This document shows, piece by piece, positions 41,855-54,967 of a stretch of 64,000 bases of DNA. Numbering within the stretch: position 1 is the stretch's first letter; the number at the start of each line of letters is the position of its first letter. The translations under genes were made by a program, and so were the position numbers. The stretch comes from Octopus bimaculoides (lineage: Eukaryota). The notes beneath the pieces were generated by a model, which saw only the letters and a program-made list of their open reading frames with translations, made no database searches and was not told the DNA's origin. The stretch covers positions 12,691,900 through 12,755,899 of the forward strand of contig NC_068987.1 of NCBI RefSeq assembly GCF_001194135.2, written 5' to 3'.

Positions 41855-42341
41855 CCCCCATATGTTTAATTAGATACATTGATATAAATATTTATAAATA
41901 CAAACTCATACATACAAATGTATGTTTATAAGAAAAGTATACAAAACTTTGGCGAATGATTATTATATAATAAATTTTACGAAGAATAATATAAAAATGG
42001 AAGTAATCTAACTGAAGATATACCGCAAAATATATAAGTAAAGTGAAAAATATGTTGATGTACAGCTTACAAGAATTTTGAGTTCGCATAGAGGATTAAA
42101 TATTATGAAAATAGAAAATTAGAGGGCAGATATAAAACCACAGCACGGTAAGTCTTAATATTGTCTTAGAAAGTAAAGTGTTAATAGAATTATGGCTGGT
42201 GGCTCCATCTGTTGTATCTGAGTGTTGCAAAGGGTGATGACCAGTCTCTGGACAGTGGATATAGTAATAATGCATATGAGAAATAAACAGCAGAGTTGCT
42301 TTGCCCTACACAGAAACTGCAGGAGCTACTTAGAAATATTG

Positions 42342-42557
42342 ATTTCAAATTTTGGCACAAGGCCAGTAAGCTGGAGGAAAAGGGGGCTTAGTCGATTACA
42401 TCGACTCCAGTACTCAACCGGTTCTTATTTTATCGACCCCGAAAGGATCAAAGGCAAAGTCAACGTTAACAGAATTTGAACTCAGAATATAAAGACGGAC
42501 GAAATGCCGCTAAGCATTTCGCCCGGCGCGCTAACTATTCTGCTGGCTCGCCGCCTT
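42342..42557 (-). mobile_element. Full-length family A SINE
   Basis: Head ggcggcgagcc agcagaatagttagc (A box) ... gagttcaaattc (B box). 17-bp TSD gctacttagaaatattg (42325-42341) / gctacttagagatattg (42558-42574). Confidence 0.9.
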
Positions 42558-42579
42558 GCTACTTAGAGATATTGCAAGC

Positions 42580-43460
42580 TCTTCTGGTTGATAACTAAAG
42601 CCATCGCAATCTCGGAAACGTCTTCGTGTCGTCAGCAATTGTCTCAGTGTCATATGCGTTTCGACCCTAGCCTGTACGCTTCACCTGAGTGGGACGGCAA
42701 GGAATGAACTGGCCTTCATCTGCAGAAGAGTTCCATCTGGGATCTATTTTAAACCGCAGCCTTCTTGAGTTGGTTTTATGTGCCATGCCTTTCTTCTTGG
42801 TGGCCTTTAGTTGTGAATGTTCCAAACCAAGCTTCTGCAAGAATCAGCGCATCGATCTCACTGAAAATCCACGGTAGCCAACTTCAATAAGGAATGATGC
42901 TGCAAGCTATCGTTCAACAAGCACCTTATCAATCAAATCTTGATATTTAGCTTTCTTCACGTGGTGAGAAATGTCAAACCTGTCCTCTTAGGCAACTGGG
43001 GGTTCAGTGATGATGAGTGTTCTTACACTACTAGACAGCAGGAGCATGTCTGGTCGGAGCGATGATACCGCCACGTTATAATGAAACACAAGTCTACTCT
43101 TCAGGTCCATTTGCATTTTCTAGGTCTAAATCTCAATGCAAAATAGAATACCAGCCGCCTACGATTGCTTTCTCCTCGAAAGCCTTGTCTCTTGCTCTTG
43201 AAAATTTAATACTTTTGAGAAATGATGGCTGTTGTTAGTTGGCCTTTATTTTCCTCAGGTCTGTCCATTTGACAATTTCTGTAAGGATGTTTTCGTGTTT
43301 CCATTTGTACCGGCCTTTTCTCGGGGCTCTAAGTCATAATGTGGTTCAGTTGGGTCCTAGTGTGTTTAGAATTGCCATTGTCCTTAAAGGTACAGTCGTA
43401 GTTCTTTCCAAGCATCAGATTCCTTTCTCTTGGATTTCTGGAATCTCAGACCCTAAATGC
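42580..43460 (-). mobile_element. Fossil 3' region of a HERO/Utopia-like RLE non-LTR retrotransposon
   Basis: GRYKWKHENIL (43315-43283), LRPDMLLLS (43060-43034) and IEVGYRGF (42888-42865) correspond to the HERO-type GRYTWRHNQVL, LRPDMVLWS and VEVGCRGF motifs. Interrupted by stops. Confidence 0.75.
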
Positions 43461-45235
43461 TAAAAATATTATTTGTTAGCTTCCCTTTAAGCATGAATTG
43501 AATGGTAAAGTCGACTCAGTGACTATTTTCAAAGGAAATATGTGTAGAGGAAAAATATTGAGACAAAATAGACAAACAACTAATGATATAGAATAATTGC
43601 TGAAACAAATTTAATATACTATGGACAAAGGTTAAATGTTGTAGGCGAGAAATTCAAATTTAAAGATATTAGTTGTTTTAATTATTTTGTCATATAACGT
43701 GGGTAGGACTGTTAGAAGAAATGCTAAAAATGTTACATGGGGCAACCGAGTTTATATTTAAATCATTATTTAATGAAACGTATCTAATGAAATATAAGTA
43801 GTGTTTTAAAACGGCAATTGAAGTTAGGTTTTTATCTGAAGTTGTATAGATAATATAAATAAATGCCTATTTGTACTTGTGCGTGTGTTACTAAGAGAAT
43901 GTATTAATTTAAAATACAAGAAAGTTTTGGTATTACGCTCGTCTGAGCAAGTGAAAAGTTTCTTTAAATGAAATAGCATTAAAATGTTGAATATAGTGGG
44001 TAGTAATGTTCATAAAGAAGGTAAGAAATGTGTGTTTATCTCTCTCACTCTTTCTCTCTCACACACACATACCATAAGTATGTGTATATATGTATGTGTG
44101 TGTGTATGTGTTTGTGTGTGTGTGTGTAGCTGTACTCAAATCGAGTCTTAGCTTTAAAATGATATATTTCATACTTTCTCGAATCTTATACATGCGAGTG
44201 TATCTACACACACACACATATCTATCTATACACACGCATTGAATATAGAGGATACGAGAAAGTTTGAAATATAGCGATTTAAGAGTAAATCTTGACGTGA
44301 ATACAGCTATAAGTAGCAGCATGTGATGTTAGACTAAAAAGAAACCTTGAGTGCGAAAAAGAAAACGAGGCGGAAAGAGTCAAACCAGGGTTTTTTTCTA
44401 AAAAAACCCAATTGGATTAAAAAGCAAAAACGCAGCTTACCTTTACAGAATTTGATATAAGGACAACAAGAACAACAATTTTAAGGGGGTAAATCGTCCT
44501 GTGTTCAACTCGGACTTATTTTATGGATTCCAAAAAGACTGCTACGTAATTTGAACACAGAACGTAAAGATATAGAAGTGCCACTAAGCGTTGTGTCTGG
44601 CGTGGTAACATTTCAGTCAGCAAGCTACCTTATTTTAACCTAATACATGATGTAATGTCCACTTCGAAACTCACTATTAGAATAATGATTTTTTTAAAAA
44701 TCATATATATATGTGCGCATGGGTATTTCTATGCATATATATNNNNNNNNNNNNNNNNNNNNNNNNNNNNNNNNNNNNNNNNNNNNNNNNNNNNNNNNNN
44801 NNNNNNNNNNNNNNNNNNNNNNNNNNNNATATTAGTTTAAAGGAAATAGAATATACATAGAATAATCACATGTGATTATTTTATGTCTATTCTCTGTTTT
44901 CTTTGAACCATTAATTATTTCTCCTATATCGAAAGGAATGAAGTCTCCATAGGGACAACTTGACTTTCGGAAGTGAAAAGTACTAAAAATGATCAATCTA
45001 ACCAACCACAAACATTAGCACATAAACATACGAATAAGATCCAGAATCATCAATCGATAATAGCGCAAGACTGGTGCCTAGTATTTCTGTTTATGATGTT
45101 CTGTAACCGTTGTTTACCAAGGTGGGGCACCGCGGCTATGGTTTTGTCGTTATCCACTCATTACAAATAGCTGACGGACAGATGAAAGTTCGTCAATATT
45201 CCTTTGACATTTCTAGGAGAATTTTTCGTTTAGAC

Positions 45236-45560
45236 CATTGGTTATCAACCGGGATCCATATGGCCCTTGGGGATCCATATGGCCCTTGGGGATCCATATG
45301 GCCCTTGGGGATCCATATGGCCCTTGGGGATCCATATGGCCATTGGGGATCCATATGGCCCTTGGGGATCCATATGAGATTTTTCTGTTGTCATAATTTA
45401 AGTGTAATAAATTGGTTTTACTCTCACATCACAAAATATTTTAACAATTTTTTTATGTTACAATTCTTAATGATATTTAATTATAAAGATAGCACTGGAG
45501 CTTCTAAACATCGAATAGCTATGGGGCCCACCTGAGTAAAATAGGAATCAAAGGGATCAT
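45236..45560 (-). mobile_element. Copy of the same hAT MITE family (reverse orientation) containing a 19-bp tandem expansion
   Basis: Aligns by eye to the reverse complement of 28-279 (shared aaacatcgaat, aaataggaatcaaagg, ccatat motifs). One TIR cattggttatcaac is preceded by gtttagac. The other end appears truncated. Confidence 0.7.
45251..45376. repeat. Minisatellite, ~6.5 x 19 bp (gatccatatggcccttggg)
   Basis: Near-perfect units with one c>a change; explains the repetitive GIHMALGDPYGPWGSIWPL ORF. Confidence 0.95.
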
Positions 45561-46214
45561 TTAATAACGTAAGCCATATATCAGGTGCATGTTACATATC
45601 CTGAAATAATGTCGCTTCCCACACGTAACTGTTGACCGTAAAAAATGTTTCGTAAGTTTGTGCTAAGAGACTGTAATATTTTAGCCTGTTCGACATTTTG
45701 TCATGAGTAAAAATTATTCTGCCTTACGGACTTATTCTGACCCAGCTCCCTAACCTTTGACACCCGGTTCCCCATCCATAATACGGCCGCATTAGACGCA
45801 AGACAGTTTTTTGATACATTTAAAATTAGAAGAAAAAGAGCGCATCTTATACGCTGGCAAATGCGGTACATTTTCTCAAGAAACTTTATTGTAGCAAAGA
45901 AAAAGGTTCCCATAGACCTAACATATATTTAACTTTGGAAAGCGGTGGTGTAAAAATTCCTTTGTTTGTTTACAATAAAAGAAACTCAATCGTCGGTTGA
46001 TTTGAAAAATTACGCAAACCAAACAGTTTAGCGTTCAGAAAAAAAGGGGTAAGATAATATAATAACAACTTTATTAGCAAGAAGGATGTACTTTGACAAT
46101 ATACACATTAAAAAAAAAAGGCATGTAAATGAAGAAAAATATCAAAAATTAGTTCTGTATTATTTCTAGCATATCATGTAAATGCATGCAAGCAATTATA
46201 GAAAGGGAGAGAGG

Positions 46215-46900
46215 TTGTTGAAAGATGGGCAACGTCATAAGCTTTGTAAACATAAGGAAAACACTACTTAAGGGAGCGATATTATAGCTTGTATAGTAGA
46301 AGGAATGAAAACTTCTCATCATGAGGGAAATTGTTCTTCGACTTGGTTCATAGAAAGATTTTATTTTTTTGTGGAGGTGAAGTTATTCATGAGATAATCT
46401 CAGTTGAGCTACATTTTGTTAGGTGATATCGACGTCCAAGAACCCTGAGAACAAACCGCCGATTATGGGGCGAAGTTGTTCATGGGTAGCTGGCATTGAA
46501 CTGATTTTACTGAGAGAGATTCAGTCTCAGGGATCTGAGAACGAAGTGCCGAAACTCTGCCGTGTTAATTCTTAGAAAAACTAAAGAATTAAATCGCCAT
46601 GACTTGGCTAGGAAGAAGCCCTTTAAATAACTTCCTTCCAGCATCAACTGGATGCAAGTAGTTTCTGCATACGTAGAGTTTGAAGCGATAATTTTAAGGT
46701 GATCTGGGCTAAGTATGAGAGACGAGTATTTACAAAAAGGAGCCTGACGAAATTGTTTCTTTGATTAGAATATGGAGGGAAATATTTTACGGAATGGGGT
46801 AAATCACTCAGATTCTCTCCGAATTCATCATTCACCAAATTGTCCTTTTTACGAGACCTACAAGCTTGAATGGAGAAAGCGCAAACCAGACGACAGCTCT
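46215..46900 (-). mobile_element. Degraded CR1/Jockey-group LINE 3' fragment
   Basis: Minus-strand fragments SYLAQI and FIPSTIQAIISLP resemble the LYKAQIRP and SFxPRTxxLWNxLP motifs of CR1/Jockey ORF2 C-termini. Confidence 0.45.
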
Positions 46901-47281
46901 GAATAGAATTGTGTCGGATGGCTGTTACTGACTGGCTGGAAATAGTAGCAACAGATATGTCTACAACAGAACTTGAAGATAAATATCAAAATGGCCATCA
47001 ATATTGTTGATGTTAAAGACGCAATGCATATATTTTCTATCCAAAGGTTTTATAATCACATATTTATACGCTATTATTTATAGCTTTATTTGCTTCGAGA
47101 TCCATTATTTCGACAAAGAATCATTTCACATTCTCCCGAAGTTTATAAAAATTGCTATGATTTCAACAACATACAATTCTCGCCAGCAACAATAAAGTTC
47201 CTAAAATGGATAAAGAAACTCGAAGGATGGATTTGGTTCGATACATACATACATATATACATACATGCACGCACGCATGCA

Positions 47282-47333
<52 letters not shown>

Positions 47334-48432
47334 CACACACAACACACACACACAACACACACACACATATGAGAGTGAGAAATGTCATTGAAATGAGTGA
47401 GGTTTGCGATGAGAGACAAAATGTATCATGGCATACGAAGAGTACAAAGATACTATAGTAAATATAGGAAAAAGACGAACTTCCTTCTGAATCAGTAATT
47501 AAAAGTGCGAAGCTATCGCCATTTCCGATTATAAACCACCATAAGGTGTTGGCGGGAGATGGGCCTGATTACGTGACGCAATAATTTTACGGTACACCAG
47601 ATGTTGTTTTTATCCTTAGCAGCTGGAGAACGGAAAACTGTGTGAAGAGAACACAGGTAATACATTGATCCAGTTAGTGCAAGTGAGCGGTCGTTGTAAT
47701 TATATCTGCTAACAGTCTGTAACAGAATTTGAGGAAAATGTATTCTTGAGATATATACTGATAAGTACGGATAACGATTGTCCAGGATAATATTAATGTC
47801 AGTTTATGTCAGTTTACAGTTTATAAGCAACATAGCATACTTATAATTCTGTTGTACAGAAAACATCGCTCAAATTCCAGGCCCTGTGCCTGTGCCTATG
47901 TTGGAAACTATTATATACGTGAAATTGTCATGCGATATTGTTGGAGATTACGAAGCCTAACGTTTTGTAGTGACTTTGACGGTTTCTACTGATCGTTAGG
48001 GAAATCTGCAGTACTGAAAGTACATCTCCTTCATTTCTCTGTGTATAAAATTCTTTGCCGGTCTGTTTGTCTATCTGCCTGTTCCCTGTGCTCTAACAGT
48101 ATCACCCCCACTTTTTTGCATGACGTCTTTAGAAAGATAAATAAAAACTTGTGATTTATTTCCTGTTTAGATTTCAAGATCAAGTGCTTTACCTTGTTAC
48201 AAAAACTCTTGTTTCANNNNNNNNNNNNNNNNNNNNNNNNNNNNNNNNNNNNNNNNNNNNNNNNNNNNNNNNNNNNNNNNNNNNNNNNNNNNNNNNNNNN
48301 NNNNNNNNNNNNNNNNNNNNNNNNNNNNNNNNNNNNNNNNNNNNNNNNNNNNNNNNNNNNNNNNNNNNNNNNNNNNNNNNNNNNNNNNNNNNNNNNNNNN
48401 NNNNNNNNNNNNNNNNNNNNNNNNNATATATG

Positions 48433-48473
<41 letters not shown>

Positions 48474-49080
48474 TGAAGAGTAGATAGACAGCTGACCACT
48501 GATGAAAGGTCCTTTCTCTGTTTTTACTTGCCCTGTTTTCCATTTTTTCTCTCATTGTTTTCGTATTTAACTCGTTTGTTACGTATTTCATGTTGTTTGC
48601 ACAGTTGGTGACGTCCTGTACCCATATGTGCATACACACACACACACGCACACACACACACACACACTTATATATAATAGAAAATGGAGATGTATAACAA
48701 TTAGCAATTCAAAAATTAAAATTTTTAATTTATTAGTATAATAGTATATTATATTATATTCTTATAATGATAAAATATGATACAATATAATAAGTAATAA
48801 CTATTGAATATGAATCACATATAGATGTTTCAATTCTTGGCCATAATATTATAAAAATTCATTGTTTTCTGCTCAAGAATCTCCTCAGTGTATATATGCA
48901 AATTATCGTTTTGATTCTTGTTGTCCACCGTGCACATCATGTTTCACTATATAAATTGTTTCATGGATAATACATTTTCTCTAAAAGGGATTTTTGATAA
49001 TTTCTTTGAAATTATGTCATATTAGGAAGGCACGTGATCTAGAAGTGAAATATGCTCGGGTCATAATCAATAGGTCGTAC

Positions 49081-49152
49081 GTTTAATTCCTGGAACAGAA
49101 AACACAGGTTTAATTCCTGGAACAGGAAACACAGGTTTAATTCCTGGAACAG
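49081..49152. repeat. Tandem repeat, ~2.7 x 27 bp (gtttaattcctggaacagaaaacacag)
   Basis: Directly visible; 1 substitution. Confidence 0.9.
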
Positions 49153-49210
49153 TGTCTATGAAAAGAGCAATTCGATTCATGTTACTCGTATCTATTCAGC
49201 TCTAACGAGC

Positions 49211-49241
49211 CTCTCTCTCTCTCTCTCTCTCTCTCGTTCTC

Positions 49242-49322
<81 letters not shown>

Positions 49323-49410
49323 CTATTTAGCTATCTCTCTCACACTCTTACATTCTCACATTCTCTCTTTCCCTCTCTCTCTCCATCTCTCTCTCCTCCT
49401 CTCTTTCTCC

Positions 49411-49441
<31 letters not shown>

Positions 49442-49502
49442 GCTATCTCTCTCTCTCTCTCTCACATACCCTCTCTCCCACTGTATCTCTTTACCTTTCT
49501 AT

Positions 49503-49556
<54 letters not shown>

Positions 49557-49570
49557 GTCTGTCTGTCTGT
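49211..49570. repeat. Compound (CT)n / (TATC)n / (TGTC)n microsatellite block
   Basis: Directly visible. Similar (GATA)n, (GA)n, (CA)n, (TA)n and (TACA)n tracts occur throughout, e.g. 6290-6400, 14305-14350, 34706-34764, 47285-47368, 61750-61807, 62258-62343. Confidence 0.95.
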
Positions 49571-51889
49571 CTATTTATCTATCTAGCTCTCCGGCTGTTA
49601 AATCTTGGACGTTCTGCTGGTCAACAGCGAAAGGATCGAGAGGATGTTTGTGTCTGCTTATGATTACACAGACACTTAAAGTAATTAGCAAAAGCATGGT
49701 ACATATCACAGAGCCAAATTCGCTGTGGTTTGGTAACATCCACCATGACGTCTGGCTATACTGTACAATTTACATTATTTTAATAAATAGCGATTACATT
49801 AGAGATTTTGCTGTTGTTCGTGTTCAAAGACATTCCGGCTGTAAGCATCTCGACTTTTTGTGTACAAAGGAGTACATTGTTCAATGCATCTTATGTTTTT
49901 GCTGAAGACGGTAGGATATAATTTGAGGAAAATTTGGCTGCTATTTCTAGCAAACCTTCCCTTCGTTGGCTCATACTAAAGGAGTGAATAACTAAAGTAT
50001 CGAATTACTGTCTCACGGGTTGTGATCTCATAGTTTCAGCAACATTTCGTTATCTCTAGGTAAGATACTACATATACTTGTATACCAATTGACATAGTTG
50101 TAGAAACCGACTGTATTTTGTAGGAATGTTGTCTGTGATAGATGGCATCCTACACAAGAGAGTATTCATTGCACTTCTTTCTTACTTTATTCAATCCGGA
50201 TATAAACAGTGACGTGTGATACCCTCTTAGCAGGAAGGACGACATGTCACAAAGCTCTCGTATGTTTTGTACATGAATACGTATAAAATTGCTCAAAGAG
50301 CGACGATATTTCATAGGAATGTTACCTGAGAGAAGCTGGCACCTCACATAAGAGAATATTCGTTGCATATTCGTTTAACTCTATTCAATTGAAATACTAA
50401 CAATGACGTTAATATGCTCACATGGTAGGAAGGATGAGCTTTCATATGCCGTCTGGAAGAATACGTATAAAATTACTCTTATTGTAAGCACTTAAGGTAT
50501 ATATACGTGACCATATGCATACATACGTGTCAATGTATGCATAGCTACAAGGCGTAAGTATTATGGAAAAAACAGATACGCCTTGCACTGAGTAATATGT
50601 TAATATACCATCGCTTTATATCTCAGATCATTCTTAATGCATATTTTATAGACTTCAAGGAGATTAAATTGCTAAACTAGCAGCCTCAATACGATTTCAG
50701 GATATAAGAATATGAGATATGAAACAAATGAATCTCAGTTCTTCCTGTTTGAGGTATATTGTAAGAATTCGACCATCCAGAGATGCTATATGTTTGTATG
50801 TATGTATGTATGTATGTATCTATGTATAAATATATATACATATACGTATATACATACACACATTTGCATATATGTATGTATATGTGTGCCTGTGTGTGTG
50901 TGTGTGTGTGTGTGTGATATTTAATGCATACACTCTGTAGTGTTAGTGCAGTATTTGTCCTAAGATAACATCTCTTAAGGTATTTCTGTGTTAAAAACAC
51001 AATGAATATTAGAAAGTGATGAAATTCTCGTCCTGGGTAGTGCTTAACTGGTACTTATTTTATCAACCACGAAAGGATCAAAGGTAAATTCAACCTGGGC
51101 GGAATTTGAACTCAGTACGTGTAAACGGACGAAATGCTGCGAAGCATATTGTCCTGACAAATTTGTCAGCTCGCTGCCTTATTAAATGTAATTATAACAG
51201 AAACTATAGATATGAAGTTGTTTTTTTTTTTCTTTTTGCTAGTATGAACCAAATAGCAACTTACAGAATTGTTACAAATTAGGGAAATCAAGATCCATCC
51301 GTTAATAACATGAATAGAATTAATTTTATCTAGAGTTACAAAGTTTTCACGACAAATCAGTCACGTCAACAAGCAAGAATTGCATAATGCAAAACAAAGG
51401 TTAATGGTTGCGGTGTTATTCACACGAACAGGAGACGTGTACAAATAATAACAAAAGATCGGGTTCCAGAACACACATACCGAGACAGAATATTACAACT
51501 AATTTCGTTCAACGTTTACATATATATTATAGATAATATGCACATCGGTATGTTATTCTAATGTCGTTTCTAGTGCATGTATTAGTTTATGTTTAGCCTG
51601 GCCAGCTTTCACACAAATTACTGAATGCCTTGTTTACTGATTTCTTTAGCGGGTGAGTGTCCGGGTGTGTTCGTCACTGACGAGATCAAATCAGACCAAC
51701 ACACCGGAGTTTGATGATTCTCCGACGACCTTCTGAGCGAGATCTGGATTGTTAACAGACAAAGTCACTTAAGAGCAGTTGCTCTGAAACAAAATATTAA
51801 AACTAGTACCATTCTATGTTTGTATATACAGGAAATATGTTATGCATCGCTATTTTAACCCAACCATGTTCTAAGTGAATATATTAAGA

Positions 51890-52680
51890 TAAGAGATAAG
51901 AGATAAAGCTGGAGATCGCAGAATAGAAATATTTGACATATAATTTTAATGAAATGTTTCAAAGAAGATTGTTTCTTTTTAAACTCTCCACTAGAAGACA
52001 GATCATATTTGACTAGGACTGATAAGAAGCCTCCAGAGTTGACGCTGACAATGCTACGGTTATTGAAAGCAGATATTACAAGAGGGTGATTAAGCCTTAT
52101 TATGCCAATGGAAAGTATGTTTATAATTTTTTTCTACATTTGCTAAATAATATTTTGGATATACTACAGAAGTGATCAAAGATAAACTGACGAAAGTAAT
52201 TGCCAGTATGATTTTTTTTAAATGGGAAAACTGAATTACAGAAAACTTGATCACAGAAGGCGGAGAGTTATATAGTGGTATTTATCACATGTAAACAAAT
52301 AGCTACACTTCTCATCAACAAGAACAAAAAGAATTAAAAGAATTGTACAGAGTTAGTAAAAAAAAAACAAAAGAAAGAATATTTGAATATATAGTTAGCA
52401 CCTAAAACAGAAGTTAAAAGCTGCCGGTGAGAAAATCTGTCATCACCAGAATCGTAACCTGAGGAAAATATTTAACGTGAAAAACAGTCGAAACCAACTA
52501 GTAGTCTACAGAAAGATAAGGACACTGAAAAATAAATAGAAAAAGGATCCTAAAGACTCTTTCTCGGAATGAAAAGTCTTCATTCAGAAGGAAAATCTGG
52601 AATGAAGAAAAGAAGTTTAAACAAGTATGCAGTGTGGCTGGAAGAAATTTGAAAGACGCATTGTCCCTAAAGCTCACGTT
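51890..52680 (+). mobile_element. Highly degraded R4/Dong-like LINE ORF segment (pre-RT region)
   Basis: Fragments LKADITR, LKQKLKAAGEKI and RRKIWNEEKK..YAVWLEE resemble the R4-clade LRxDISRL, LKQKLxAxxxRIRRY and FWxxIWxxxxxHNxxAEWL motifs. Many frameshifts. Confidence 0.45.
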
Positions 52681-53673
52681 ATAAATAGCGTTATCTTTGA
52701 GGTTGTGATATATAAACTTCAGGATAGAAAAGCTCCAAGAAGAGTCTAGATTGTCTGCTACCGATGCAAATTAGTTTAGTTTCTGTTGGGGTATCTTAGT
52801 GACCTTTATCAATAAGTTCCTCAAAGAAGATATCGAGTTGACAGGCCTTTGCAGGTACAAGTTTGTCACCCTAAAATCAAAGCCACACATGAGGTCAATC
52901 ATTTGCATGCTAGAATTTATGCTGATCCTTTGCATTCTAGAATTTACTGCATACAGCTTGTCTGCAAGTAGTCTCCCAGAATCACTGTTATAGTAACAAT
53001 ATTTTTATGTTTTAACGTTAGCATTGCATTATCAGATACTGTCTATTAAATAAAATAAAGCATAGATGTTATTTATTGAAAATGCCTGCTTATAATCAAA
53101 TGCATCCTCCGCACAGGTTTTTTTAATTGGTACAACAAGAAAAATTAAATTAAATTAAAAACACCCTGCGTTGGAAGCTGAACATACAAAATTGAATGAA
53201 GGGTAAATTCTGGTTTTAAATATGAGATAGTATAATTATCCATAGCTTAATTAAAACCTAATGTATATAACTAATGTATATAAACTTCTTACTAAAATAT
53301 GGATTTCATACATGTCTAAGAATACGTACATAAAGCGAATTGAATTGGTTCAAGCTTATTTAGTAGGGGACTATACTGTTTCAGTCTGCGTGTTGTTGCC
53401 TCTCGTAGTAGCATTGATACTGTTTTCTAAAATATGGTTGGTGTGTAACGAAAAATTAAAATCAGTTCTTCACAAGACAGACTTTTGTTGAACGAATATG
53501 CAGAAAAACATAATCATTTCATTTGCAATTACATACGCTTTTCACTATTGGTCACATTTTTTACTGTTATATCTACGAATTTAAGATCGCTTCTAATAAA
53601 ATATTAGGTATAACTACTCTAACATTTGGGCTTCATAAAATTTTCATAATGTCTCTTTATCTCCATTCTTATA

Positions 53674-53726
<53 letters not shown>

Positions 53727-54065
53727 ACAAATACACACGCGCGCACACTCACACATACTACTATACTATTAAGTCTCAAGTAATGATGGATCGTATTTAT
53801 AGACGTTAGGCTCCAAGAAGCAAATATTCCCATATAGCTATCATCAGTAACAATAATAGCAACATTTACAGATGCTTCGTGTTCTAAGCTATATTATGCA
53901 AACAATCATTTGGTTTGTTAATAGAAAACATTAAAAACGCAAAGCGCTTTCTTTTTTTTGTAGGGTTTGTTTGTTACTTTTTCTTAAACAATCTAATCAC
54001 ACATCACTTATTGCCTCACCGCATTCTTTGAGCAAGCTTCTGTTCACATATGCGTATATTAATCC

Positions 54066-54114
<49 letters not shown>

Positions 54115-54121
54115 GTTATTA

Positions 54122-54207
<86 letters not shown>
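54066..54207. repeat. (ATT)n microsatellite; others at ~8600-8635, 29406-29505, 31119-31175
   Basis: Directly visible; source of the poly-I/L/N ORFs. Confidence 0.95.
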
Positions 54208-54967
54208 TTCGGAATATATCAGCATCTGTTATTGAAGTAGAAAAATTCTCAAACCAACCTAAATTTTTTGGACCGGAAGTAATAAAAATATTTGCTGCGT
54301 TATTAAATTCAATTTATGTCAATGAATATGGAAATGATTAAAATTAGGCCGAATCACACGTACACATAATCAAATGCTTTTAAGAAAATGTTTTAAAGCT
54401 TAAATTCCACTTAATCGGTTCTATTTGTCCTGGATATTCAAGGTGGTGATTCAGTATGACCGCAGTCAAATGACTGAACCGTGTTGAAGAATAAAAAATA
54501 GGTTACATCTGTTGAGGATTTTCTAAAATTTGTGTGAGTTCACATATGTCATCCCTCTATAGGTTATTATTTATTGTATAATCGCTATTCGAACGTTAGC
54601 TAAAGTGACGCTTCCTTAGTTTTACTGAACCTGTCAGTTGAACGTATCTTCTGGTAGTTGGTAGTTGAGAGTCAATATATTTCATTGTAGTAAACTCATG
54701 AAAGCAGTGCTGCGAATAAACAAACATTTAAATCAGTTCAAATATGTTTCGGACATATTTAATCTGTACAACAGCGGTATTCACTTATGTTTGCCGTTGA
54801 GAAAAATTCTCGCTTTAGGCAATTGGTGTTAGAAATCGCCTACATTTATTTCAAGGCGCCCTCTAGCAGAGAGGTGAATATATTTCTGGCTTGTTGGCTA
54901 TCATCAACACCATGTACCTCACGAAATGACTTTAGAAACCTTCGTTTCCATATAGTAGTAAACAAGT

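Noticed and set aside
45110-45535. 141-aa ORF with GIHMALGDPYGPWGSIWPL repeats
   Set aside because: Read-through of the stop-free 19-bp minisatellite inside a MITE.
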